DNA of 64,000 nucleotides from Acidobacteriota bacterium. Lineage in GTDB: Bacteria > Acidobacteriota > UBA890 > WLXD01. Each line of letters begins with the position of its first letter. Within the stretch, counting starts at the first letter, position 1. The notes beneath the pieces are model-generated. The model was not told where the DNA came from, made no database searches, and saw nothing but the letters and a program-made list of their open reading frames with translations. Below, piece by piece: positions 1 to 8,371 of the stretch. Location of the stretch: assembly GCA_965248695.1 (NCBI GenBank), contig CBDFKD010000002.1, forward strand, positions 1,440,001-1,504,000. The letters run 5' to 3'. The position numbers and the translations under genes are program-made.

Positions 1-585
1 CAAGAAACCAACGCCGCCGTTCACCCACAGCTCGGCGAAGCTACCGTCGCGGCGCCCGAAAACCATCAACACGTTCGGCGGCTCGTCCGACGCGTAGGAG
101 GCGCGCACCGCGTCGAGGTCGGCCCCTACCCTGTCGGCCGCCCGCGCGGCGTCCTCGGACAGGCCCAGCATGCGGCCCAGCTCGAGCATGTTGCGGAGTA
201 GATCGCTGACGTCGGCGGTGGCGTAGTCGTAGGTGGCGATGCCGCTCGCCTCCAGCTGACGGCGCAGCGAGCCCTGGGACGGGTCGATGACCGCCAGATC
301 GGGGCGCAGCGCGAGGATGGTCTCCAGGTCAGGGTCGATCAATCCTCCGACCCGCGGCAGCTGTTCCACCTCGGGGGGCCAGTGATCGAAGCTACTCACT
401 CCGACGAGGCGCCCGCCGGCGCCGATAGCGAACAGCACCTCAGTAGCAGCAGGCACAAGCGAGACGACCCGTACGGGCGGCGCCTCCGCCCGCGCGCTCG
501 CCGCCCACAGCGGCGTCGCCAACGAGAACGCGACCAGCACAAGGGTCGCAGAACGTGCCTGTGCCGGTAGCCTGAGACCGCGCAA
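1..585 (-). CDS. btuF: Cobalamin/Fe-siderophore ABC transporter substrate-binding protein (BtuF-like), 3' end runs off the window
   Basis: Not in the ORF track; my translation gives a signal peptide then PPVRVVSLVPAATEVLFAIGAGGRLVGVSSFDHWPPEVEQLPRVGGLIDPDLETILALRPDL, the typical class III SBP N-terminus. TTG start at 585 is uncertain. Confidence 0.85.
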   Translation of the reverse strand, partial: MRGLRLPAQARSATLVLVAFSLATPLWAASARAEAPPVRVVSLVPAATEVLFAIGAGGRLVGVSSFDHWPPEVEQLPRVGGLIDPDLETILALRPDLAVIDPSQGSLRRQLEASGIATYDYATADVSDLLRNMLELGRMLGLSEDAARAADRVGADLDAVRASYASDEPPNVLMVFGRRDGSFAELWVNGGVGFL

Positions 586-618
586 GGATCCTGGAGAGAA
601 TCGCGATTCTATGATTGC

Positions 619-1134
619 ATGCGTCACGATGTCACGGCTTCAACCAAGAGAGGTAGAGATTTGGCAAGCGGCACAGCAGGGCATCGTCGCGCGGTGGATC
701 CGGAGGCCGGCTTCTCATTGATCGAGGTTGTGGGCTTCTTCATCTTCGGCATCGCTATCGTTAGCGCCATCTATGTAATCACGCGCACCGAGGTAACCTA
801 CGGCAGTTGGACTAACGTACCGCCCACCGTCGTGGCCGGGACCACCGGAACCGGCGTGTGGAGGATGGTCAAGAGCGTAGATGGCGGGCCAGGTCAGCCG
901 CTCGAGGGCCGCTCGGTGAGCTTCCGCGTCAGCTGTGGACCCGGTGTGTCGGCAGTCATCAGCGCCACCCAAGGGGCGGTGGTGAGCCCCGCAGCAACGA
1001 CGACAGAAGCCGTCACCGATGCCCTGGGTCTCGTAAGAGTGACAATCGATCTGGACGGAGTTGGGAAATGCTACGTATTCGCAACCGACTCGGTTAGTAA
1101 ACGCACCGAGACATGGACCTTCGACGTGCCATAA
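619..1134 (+). CDS. Prepilin-type N-terminal cleavage/methylation domain protein with a C-terminal Ig-like (Big_1-like) beta domain
   Basis: G|FSLIEVV at 709-732 followed by a hydrophobic helix; C-terminal GQPLEGRSVSF...TDALGLVRVTI resembles the invasin Big_1 pattern; two Cys. Confidence 0.65.
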   Translation: MRHDVTASTKRGRDLASGTAGHRRAVDPEAGFSLIEVVGFFIFGIAIVSAIYVITRTEVTYGSWTNVPPTVVAGTTGTGVWRMVKSVDGGPGQPLEGRSVSFRVSCGPGVSAVISATQGAVVSPAATTTEAVTDALGLVRVTIDLDGVGKCYVFATDSVSKRTETWTFDVP

Positions 1135-1175
1135 ACAGGTCGCCGGTCGATCGTGACCTGCATACCCGCCGTGGC

Positions 1176-2198
1176 TCATGCATGGCGGACCCTCCTGCTG
1201 AGGAGCAACACGAGGAAAAACGGGCCGCCAAGGGACGCTGTCAGAATGCCGACGGGAAGCTCCACCGGCGCGAGCAAGACGCGAGCCACGGTGTCACAGG
1301 TGATCAGAAACGCGGCGCCGCCGAGCATCGATGCCGGCAGCACGATGCGGTAGTCGTGCCCTCCGAGGAGCCGCACGGCATGCGGAACGAGGATCCCGAC
1401 GAAGCCCACTGGGCCCGCTACCGCCACCGCCAGCCCGGTGACCCACGACGCCCACAACAAACCGCTCCGCGTCGCCGACGCTGCACTGACCCCCTGAGCG
1501 CGAGCCTCGTCAGCCCCGAGGCTCAAGAGGTTCAGTGCCCGCCCCTTGCCCAGCAGCGCCAGCCAGCCGGGCAGGCTCGCCAGCGCCAACAGCAGCAGCA
1601 TGCGATACGTCGCGGCGTCCAGATCTCCCATCAACCACCGGATCATACGTGCCGTCTCGGCGTGGTCGGAGAAGTACTGCAGCAACAGCACGCCGGCGCT
1701 GATGGTGAAGTTCAGCGTCACCCCGGCCAGCAACAACACGGTCGGCGGCAGGTCACCACGGCGCGAGGTCAGCAGCAGCAGCAGAGCCGTGGTCGCCAGG
1801 GCGCCGGCCAGTGCCAGCACCGGCACCGAGAACTCCGCAAACGCCGGCCCCGGAGAGAAGCGGATGGCCAGAAACGCCGCCAGCGTCGTGCCGGCAGTTA
1901 CCCCGAGCGTATAGGGGCTCGCGAGGGGGTTGCGCAGCAGCGACTGAAACGTCGCTCCGGCCAGCGCCAGCGTTCCTCCGACCATGCACGCGAGCAAGAC
2001 CCGTGGCAGCCGTGCGACGAAGAAGACCGCGGCATCCGGGTTGTTGCCCCAGTCGAACGGATCGGCCCATACGCGTTGCATGCTGACCGACGTCGATCCG
2101 ACCGTCGGCGCCAGCAGCAAAGCGACAGCCAGAGCCACCCCGCTGCCGATGAGAAGCGTCGAGCGACGGCGACGCGGCAGCGCCATGCGGCCACTCAT
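1176..2198 (-). CDS. btuC: FecCD/BtuC-family ABC permease
   Basis: RLPRVLLA, FQSLLRNPLASPYTLG, LSLGADEARAQGV, GPVGFVGILVPH, ELPVGILTASLGGPFF. Confidence 0.9.
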   Translation of the reverse strand: MSGRMALPRRRRSTLLIGSGVALAVALLLAPTVGSTSVSMQRVWADPFDWGNNPDAAVFFVARLPRVLLACMVGGTLALAGATFQSLLRNPLASPYTLGVTAGTTLAAFLAIRFSPGPAFAEFSVPVLALAGALATTALLLLLTSRRGDLPPTVLLLAGVTLNFTISAGVLLLQYFSDHAETARMIRWLMGDLDAATYRMLLLLALASLPGWLALLGKGRALNLLSLGADEARAQGVSAASATRSGLLWASWVTGLAVAVAGPVGFVGILVPHAVRLLGGHDYRIVLPASMLGGAAFLITCDTVARVLLAPVELPVGILTASLGGPFFLVLLLSRRVRHA

Positions 2199-2989
2199 TG
2201 GGCACCCGCGCGGGTAAACGCGTCGGTGCCATAGGCCTCGTCAAGCAGGCTCGGAACCAGCGTCTCCAGGGGTGGGCCGGCGGCCAGCACCTCGCCGCGA
2301 CGGAGCACCACCACGCGGTCGGCGAGTTGCTGCACGAGCGCCATTCGGTGCGTCGAGATGATCATGCCGACGCCCGAAGACTTCAGGGCAGCCAGCGTCG
2401 CCGTCAGATCCAGCACGAACCCCGGATCGAGGGCGGCAAGAGGCTCGTCGAGCAGCAACAAGCCCGGGCGTGCTACGAGCGCGCGCGCCAGCAATACACG
2501 CCGCTGCTCGCCACCGCTGAGCTCGTCAAACGGGCGGCGCATCAGGCGGCGCGCCCCCACCCGCTGCAGCGCTCGCGCTACCGCCAGCCATTCGCGTCGG
2601 CTCTCCCAGCCGCGCGCCGGCAACAGCGCATACATACCCATCAGCACCATCTCGTAGACGGCGAACCCGGTGGCGGCAGGAATTCGCTGTGGCAGGTAAC
2701 CCATGCGGTGGGCGCGCTGCTCACGCGACAATTGCGATGCTGCGATGCCGTCGATCTCGACGTGTCCGGCGTGGGCCGTGAGTAGCCCGCCGCAGAGACG
2801 CAAGAGGGTGGTCTTGCCGGCGCCGTTAGCCCCCAGGAGGGCGACACACTCACCACCGGAAACGTCGAGATCCACGCTGCTCAGCAACGGGCGATCGTAG
2901 CCGAACACCAGCCCCTCGGCGCGAAGCGACACGCCGGCTGTGCTCTTGCCGTGTACCGCGGCCGCGGTAGACGGACGCGACTCTGCCAT
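2195..2989 (-). CDS. btuD: ABC transporter ATP-binding protein (BtuD/FecE-like)
   Basis: Walker A GANGAGKT, LSGGEQRR, LLLDEP. Start moved to ATG 2989 because the upstream part of the tracked ORF is the riboswitch. Confidence 0.88.
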   Translation of the reverse strand: MAESRPSTAAAVHGKSTAGVSLRAEGLVFGYDRPLLSSVDLDVSGGECVALLGANGAGKTTLLRLCGGLLTAHAGHVEIDGIAASQLSREQRAHRMGYLPQRIPAATGFAVYEMVLMGMYALLPARGWESRREWLAVARALQRVGARRLMRRPFDELSGGEQRRVLLARALVARPGLLLLDEPLAALDPGFVLDLTATLAALKSSGVGMIISTHRMALVQQLADRVVVLRRGEVLAAGPPLETLVPSLLDEAYGTDAFTRAGAQ

Positions 2990-3029
2990 GGTGACACCCT
3001 TTCCCGCGAGGGCCGGCCGCCTGGCCGGT

Positions 3030-3200
3030 TCGGTTTCCTGGCTCTCGGATCGTCCTACTCGCCGCCACCTTCCCGGTGCTCCCAGTGGCGTTCCGGAGCC
3101 GGCCGCGGCATGCGGCCTCTCCTCGGGCGGCTTTCGTCCCCGATCACAGTTGCGCGGCAGCGCGGGATTCGCACCCGCTTCCCGACACAAGGTCGAACGG
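3030..3200 (-). ncRNA. Cobalamin (B12) riboswitch
   Basis: Minus strand reads GGGAAGCGGGTGCGAATCCCGCGCTGCCGCGCAACTGTG...GCCACTGGG...CCGGGAAGG...GAGCCAGGAAACC, the conserved core and B12 box, just upstream of btuD-btuC. Confidence 0.93.
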
Positions 3201-3286
3201 TTGCGCTTATACCATGGGCACGTGAGCTATGTCCCGAGCCCGACATGCGAGCCTGGGCCGAACCTCGAGATACGCAGGAACCGTCC

Positions 3287-4936
3287 GTGACGGCAAACGA
3301 GATCCAGGCCATCCGCAACGCGGTCATTTACGACGGATCGGGTGGCCAGCCGCGGTTGGGAGACATCGTCATCGATTCCGGCCGCATCGACTCGATCGGC
3401 ACGCCCGGCAGTGCGCCATCGGCAGCGGCGCTGGACGTCGATGGCTTGGCGGTGTGTCCCGGCTTCATCGATATTCACGGCCACTCTGACGCCGCTCTGA
3501 CCCATCCCGAGGCGCCGGATCTCCTCGGTCCGTTCCTGCAACAGGGGATCACCACCCAGGTGATCGGCAACTGTGGGCTCGGCGTGGCGCCGGCGCCCGC
3601 CGCTCGGCGCGATGCTCTGCACGCGTTCATGGCGCTGATCGTGCCGCGTGGAACCGATCTGGCGTGGGAAACCTTCGCTGAGTACATGGCCTACCTCGAA
3701 GCCACGGGTCCGCCGCTGAACATCGCCGCGCTAGCGGCTCACGGCGCCATACGTTACGCGGTGATGGGCGGCGCCGCGAGCTCCGCAAGCGATCACGAGC
3801 TCGAGGCAATGTCGGCGCTCGTGCGCGAGGCGCTCGAAGCAGGCGCCTTCGGACTCAGCGCCGGCCTCATCTATCCACCCGGAATGTGGTCGGACACCGA
3901 CGAGATCGCCGCACTCTGCGCGCCCGTGGCCGCCGTCGACGGCCTCTTCGGATGCCATGTGCGCGGCTCCAGCGAGCTCGCAATCCACGCCGAGCGCGAG
4001 CTGCTCGAGATCGGCCAGCGAACCGGGGTCCGGCTGCAACACTCCCACCACGAGGCATTCGGACCCGGGTACTGGCACCTGACCCGCGAGACCATACGCC
4101 TCGAGGATGCCGCCCGCCGGCGTGGGGTGGATGTGGGGTCGGATGTGATCCCCTACCACGCGGTCAACACCACGTTGCTGGCGATCTTCCCGCCCTGGGC
4201 ACTGGCGGACGGGGTGCCGCAGCTGTGCGAGAAGTTGCCGAGTAAAGCCTACCGTCGCCGCGTCCAGCGCGACATAGAGAGCTGTGTGCCCAGCTGGCCG
4301 CCGTGGGATGGTGGCTGGGCGCACAACCTCGTCGGCGCCGGAGGCTGGGACGACATCGTGCTGTTGCAGGCCGCCTCCGACACCCACCGGAGCTGGCTCG
4401 GACGGAGCCTGGCCGAGATCGCCAAGCGCACGCTGTCGACACCGTTGGATTGCGCCGCCGAGATCGTCGCCGCGTCGGGTGGAGACGTGATGGCCCGCTA
4501 TCACGGGATCAGCGGCGCTCCCGACGACGACGGCGCGCTGCGCCAGCTTCTGGCCCACCCACACCATTCGGTGGCGGTGGACGTGATCCTCAAGGGTGAC
4601 GGGGTGGCGCATCCCGGTGGTTACGGCGCCATCCCACGGGTCCTCGGTCACTATGCGCGGGGCGAGGGCTGGTTTGACTTGTCCGAGGGCATCCGCAAGG
4701 CGACCTCGTTGCCCGCCGAACGTCTCCGCCTGACCGATCGTGGACGCCTGGCACCCGGCTACGCTGCCGACGCCGTGCTGTTCGATCCGGAGCAGATCGG
4801 CGAGCGTGGAACGTTCGCCGACCCGGACCAGAAACCTTCGGGGGTTCACGCCGTGCTGGTGAACGGAACGCTCGTGGTACGCGACGGTGTGCGACTTCCG
4901 TGCCGGCCCGGAACCGTGCTGCGGCGTCGTTCCTAG
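3287..4936 (+). CDS. N-acyl-D-amino-acid deacylase (D-aminoacylase, amidohydrolase superfamily)
   Basis: PGFIDIHGHSD, GITTQVIGNCG, HPGGYGAIPRVLGHY, GRLAPGYAADAVLFD. Start GTG 3287 or ATG 3245. Confidence 0.88.
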   Translation: MTANEIQAIRNAVIYDGSGGQPRLGDIVIDSGRIDSIGTPGSAPSAAALDVDGLAVCPGFIDIHGHSDAALTHPEAPDLLGPFLQQGITTQVIGNCGLGVAPAPAARRDALHAFMALIVPRGTDLAWETFAEYMAYLEATGPPLNIAALAAHGAIRYAVMGGAASSASDHELEAMSALVREALEAGAFGLSAGLIYPPGMWSDTDEIAALCAPVAAVDGLFGCHVRGSSELAIHAERELLEIGQRTGVRLQHSHHEAFGPGYWHLTRETIRLEDAARRRGVDVGSDVIPYHAVNTTLLAIFPPWALADGVPQLCEKLPSKAYRRRVQRDIESCVPSWPPWDGGWAHNLVGAGGWDDIVLLQAASDTHRSWLGRSLAEIAKRTLSTPLDCAAEIVAASGGDVMARYHGISGAPDDDGALRQLLAHPHHSVAVDVILKGDGVAHPGGYGAIPRVLGHYARGEGWFDLSEGIRKATSLPAERLRLTDRGRLAPGYAADAVLFDPEQIGERGTFADPDQKPSGVHAVLVNGTLVVRDGVRLPCRPGTVLRRRS

Positions 4937-5211
4937 CAGGCCGTGGTGGAAGTGTGGCGGGCCTGGTTGCGACGAGTTGGGGCCAGATGCAAGGCGGCCT
5001 GACGGAGGCGATGCACTAGCCATCGTCGAGGAGGGCCAACGCCGCAGATGGCCCCAAATCGCCGCAACCCTTTGGGCGACAGGGGGTTGCGCGCGTATAC
5101 TGCGTCGTTCGTCGTCAACGATGGGGTAACCATCGCCTCCTCCTCTCTCCTTGCCTCCACCTCGCAAGACCCTGTCGCCAGGCCCGCCACACTTTCACCA
5201 CGGCCTGCTAG
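4933..5211. mobile_element. 279-bp non-autonomous MITE-like palindromic element, copy 1
   Basis: 34-bp terminal inverted repeats CTAGCAGGCCGTGGTG(G/A)AAGTGTGGCGGGCCTGG with one mismatch, CTAG at both ends; second copy at 10822-11100. Confidence 0.88.
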
Positions 5212-5275
5212 CGTTCCGGAACAGAGGTTTCGCAGGATCCAAATGGCGCCGGCACCGCCGAGGGTAAGCTGGGAT

Positions 5276-6580
5276 CTACGTGTCTGACGAGGCGTTGCGG
5301 CCGTACGCCGCGTAGAGCAGCGCGCCGACGGCAAGCGCCACCGCCCCCGACGCCAGCGACACGGGGTCGGCGCCGAAGATGATCGCGATCGACGTCAACA
5401 CAGCGAGCACCGGAATCAGCGCGCCACCGGGAAGACGGAAGCCCTCGACCTCACCGCCTTGCCGACGCAGAACCGGGACCGAAGCACACGTCGCCACGTA
5501 GAAAACGAGCCGCGCCACGGCGCTGACTTTCGCCATCTGTTCGAACGAGCCGGACGCCGCCAGTGTCCACGCCACGGCGGCATAGAGCAAGATCGACACA
5601 TCGGGCGTGCGGTAGCGCTCGTGAACATGCGCCAGGACCCGCGGCAGCTGCCCGCGGTCGGCCATCGCGTACGTCACCCGCGGCCCCGCCAGCATCGTCC
5701 CGGCGTTCGACCCGGCGATCGAGATCACGCCGCCGATCGCCAGCAGGATGCCAGCGGCGGGGCCCAGGAAACCGGCCGCAGCATCGGCCAGCGGCGTTTC
5801 GGAGGAGGCGAGGTCGGCGAGCGTACCCACCGTGACCAATTGCACCGACATGAAGATGGCGCACACGACGCCGATGGTGGTGAGCAATGCGATCGGCACG
5901 TCACGACGCGGCGAACGCGCTTCGCCGGCCGGCAGCGTCGACAACTCGTAGCCGCCGAAGGCGAACATCAACAGCAAGACGGCCTCACCGGTGCCGGCGG
6001 TGATCGACATCGAGAACCCGGCGAAGTTGGCGGGATCGACGAAGAACATGCCTACCAGCACGAAGCCGAGCAATGGCACGAGCTTGCTCACTGTGAACAG
6101 GTTCACGGTCCACGAGCCGTAGCGCACGCCGAGGAAGTTGATCAGCGCCAACCCGCCGATGGCCACGGTCACCACCGCCAGCCGACCGCCGCCGGTCGAG
6201 GCCCCGGGGATGAAGTAGGCCAGGTACCGGGCCAGTGCGTTGGCGAGCGCCGCCAGCGACGCCAGCCGCGTCAGCCACAGCATCCAGGCCACCTCGAAGC
6301 CTACGAACGACCCGAAAGCCTGACGCGCGTACAGGTAGGGTCCGCCGGCGGCGCGGAATCGCGTCGACACCTCGGCGAAGCACAGCACGATCAGCGTGTT
6401 GGCCACCCCGGCGAGCACGAACGGCCACGGGCTCGAGGGCACCCCCACCAGCATCGCCACCGAGGCGGGAAGCACGAAGATTCCGCTGCCGATGACCTGG
6501 TTGACCCCCACCGCGGTGAGATCCCAGCGTCCCATCGCCCGAACCAAGCCACCCGCGGCTTCTTCGGGTTGCTGATTCAT
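5276..6580 (-). CDS. APC-superfamily amino acid permease
   Basis: QVIGSGIFVLP, FAEVSTRFRAAGGPYLYA, FAFGGYE, about 12 TM segments; GGAGG RBS before ATG 6580. Confidence 0.92.
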   Translation of the reverse strand: MNQQPEEAAGGLVRAMGRWDLTAVGVNQVIGSGIFVLPASVAMLVGVPSSPWPFVLAGVANTLIVLCFAEVSTRFRAAGGPYLYARQAFGSFVGFEVAWMLWLTRLASLAALANALARYLAYFIPGASTGGGRLAVVTVAIGGLALINFLGVRYGSWTVNLFTVSKLVPLLGFVLVGMFFVDPANFAGFSMSITAGTGEAVLLLMFAFGGYELSTLPAGEARSPRRDVPIALLTTIGVVCAIFMSVQLVTVGTLADLASSETPLADAAAGFLGPAAGILLAIGGVISIAGSNAGTMLAGPRVTYAMADRGQLPRVLAHVHERYRTPDVSILLYAAVAWTLAASGSFEQMAKVSAVARLVFYVATCASVPVLRRQGGEVEGFRLPGGALIPVLAVLTSIAIIFGADPVSLASGAVALAVGALLYAAYGRNASSDT

Positions 6581-6673
6581 CGTCTTACCTCCGAGGATCG
6601 GGCGGCGGCACAGCCGGGACAACACTCAGGCCCAGGGCGACGCCGCGAGAGGGTGGACGGACAGCACGAATAA

Positions 6674-6704
6674 TGCAACCAACGGCGGCAGCGACGGCGT
6701 CGTA
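6674..6704 (+). promoter_or_regulatory. Putative ECF-sigma-dependent promoter
   Basis: TGCAACCAAC...CGTCGTA gives an AAC / CGT pair 17-18 nt apart upstream of the ECF operon; consensus-like only. Confidence 0.35.
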
Positions 6705-6771
6705 TGAGGCAAGAACGACCACAAGACCCCGACACGCCCGCGTGGCAGCTCGGAATGAGGAGCAACAGACG

Positions 6772-7212
6772 ATGGAATGGGTTGCGCAGGCAATGATCTT
6801 CATGATCCCGATCGTTGGCTCGATCGCCCTCTTCAGCTTCCTGGCGGTAGTTGGCTGGGCCGAACAGCGTCGCAAAGAGCGCGAGGCGTACTATCGCTAC
6901 GACTTCCGCAAGAAGCTCGTCGATGCGGGCGAGATGAATGCACGCCAGGTGCAAGATCTCATGCAGTACGAATTCGAGAACGAGCAGCAGCGCCGCCGCC
7001 AAGGCATGGTGGCGACCGGTTTCATCATCTCGGGCGTCGGGCTCGGTATGATCTTCGGGCTGCAGTTCATTCGCGACGAGCAAGTATGGATGGTAGGCAG
7101 CATTCCGCTGTTCATCGGACTAGGGATGCTGGCATACGCCATTCTGTATGCGCCGAAGACGGCGCCGGCGCCGCCGCCACTCGGTGCCTTCCCGCCACCT
7201 GACGACAAGTAA
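6772..7212 (+). CDS. Small membrane protein (DUF6249-like), first gene of ECF sigma operon
   Basis: One TM, charged helix, two TM, Pro-rich tail; GAGGAG RBS before ATG 6772. Confidence 0.65.
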   Translation: MEWVAQAMIFMIPIVGSIALFSFLAVVGWAEQRRKEREAYYRYDFRKKLVDAGEMNARQVQDLMQYEFENEQQRRRQGMVATGFIISGVGLGMIFGLQFIRDEQVWMVGSIPLFIGLGMLAYAILYAPKTAPAPPPLGAFPPPDDK

Positions 7213-7238
7213 CCCGACGATCCAGCGGGAGGAGCTCC

Positions 7239-7865
7239 GTGGGGGTTGCTATCGCGACGACGGTCAAGCGGGATGTAGGCGTAGTGAACGATGCAACGCG
7301 CTACAACGATGACGCCAGCGCCGTACGACGAGTTCTTGCCGGCGACCCCGACGCCTTCGACGGCATCGTCAAGCGTTGGCAGGGGCCGCTCGTGAACCTC
7401 GCCTATCGCTTCTGCCGAGATCGAGGAGTTGCGGAAGAGATGGCGCAGGAGGCATTCCTCAAGATCTTCCGCGGGCTGTCAGGCTGGCGACAGGATGGGC
7501 GTTTTTCAACCTGGATGTTCCCGGTGGCGCTCAACCACTACCGCAGCTCGATGCGCCGACGGATACCGCAGGCGATAGAGCTCGACGAGATCGACTATCG
7601 CCTTGGCGCCGGTGATCACAACCTCGAACAGGATCGTGATCTGCGCGACGATGCGGTCCGGCGTGCGGTGGCGACGCTGCCAGCCAAGTATCGCGACGTG
7701 ATCATCCTCTACTATTTCCATGAGATGGACCTGGCGGAAACGGCGCGTACCTCGCGCCTGCGCGAGGGCACGGTAAAGGCACGGCTGTTTCGCGGCCGCA
7801 AGCTGCTGCGTGAGAAGCTCGGCGCGCTGATGCGCCCGCCGGTACCCGCTACCGAGGAGGCCTGA
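7239..7865 (+). CDS. ECF RNA polymerase sigma factor
   Basis: GDPDAFDGIV, AEEMAQEAFLKIF, FSTW (region 2); LPAKYRDVIILYY...GTVKARLFRGRKLLR (region 4). Confidence 0.93.
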   Translation: MGVAIATTVKRDVGVVNDATRYNDDASAVRRVLAGDPDAFDGIVKRWQGPLVNLAYRFCRDRGVAEEMAQEAFLKIFRGLSGWRQDGRFSTWMFPVALNHYRSSMRRRIPQAIELDEIDYRLGAGDHNLEQDRDLRDDAVRRAVATLPAKYRDVIILYYFHEMDLAETARTSRLREGTVKARLFRGRKLLREKLGALMRPPVPATEEA

Positions 7866-7867
7866 CG

Positions 7868-8230
7868 ATGGACGATCTGGACCGCATCCTCGCCGACGAG
7901 CGCGTCATCCGCCCCAGTAAGGGATTCACCGCGGGTGTCATGAAGGCAGTGCATGAGCAAGCCGCGGTGCCGCCGCCCCTCGAGTTCCCGTGGAGCCGCT
8001 TCCTGCCCGGTCTCTTTACATGCATCGGCCTGGTCTTCGCCACGTTCATGGTTCTCGGCTGGACCGGAGGCGCGGGGATCGGCAGCGACACGCAGCTCTG
8101 GTTCGATGCGATCGACACACCCTTCGGGCAGGCATTGGTACTTGCCGGCGCGGCGATTCTCGGAAGTCTGGCGTTCGCCGCGATGATCTTCCGATCCGTA
8201 GGTCGTGGCGGCACATCGCCGACGATCTGA
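7868..8230 (+). CDS. Putative membrane anti-sigma factor
   Basis: Directly follows the ECF gene; PSKGFTAGVM motif then two TM helices. Confidence 0.6.
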   Translation: MDDLDRILADERVIRPSKGFTAGVMKAVHEQAAVPPPLEFPWSRFLPGLFTCIGLVFATFMVLGWTGGAGIGSDTQLWFDAIDTPFGQALVLAGAAILGSLAFAAMIFRSVGRGGTSPTI

Positions 8231-8371
8231 GCGCCTGGATTGGCCGGACCTCACCTGTTGCCCGGTAGTGTGATCGAACATACGCTCACCGAGAGCATGT
8301 TCGCGACTCCGGAGCACGCCGACTCCCTCGAAGGCCGCTACGGCTGATACCGGTCCCTCCGTGCAAAGCCC

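Noticed and set aside
2990-3190. N-terminal 67-aa extension of the tracked 331-aa ABC ATPase ORF, and the matching extension of the 661-aa ORF on the + strand
   Set aside because: The interval is the cobalamin riboswitch; better starts are at 2989 and 3245/3287.
3731-5334. ORFs of 478, 133, 80 and 79 aa, with similar peptides near 10382-11204
   Set aside because: They are shadow frames running through the repeated MITE, with no transposase motifs. The peptide similarity only reflects the DNA repeat.
8275-8303. CGAACAT...ATGTTCG inverted repeat resembling a LexA box
   Set aside because: Spacing does not fit GAAC-N4-GTTC and the downstream gene is not SOS-related; more likely a simple stem-loop.
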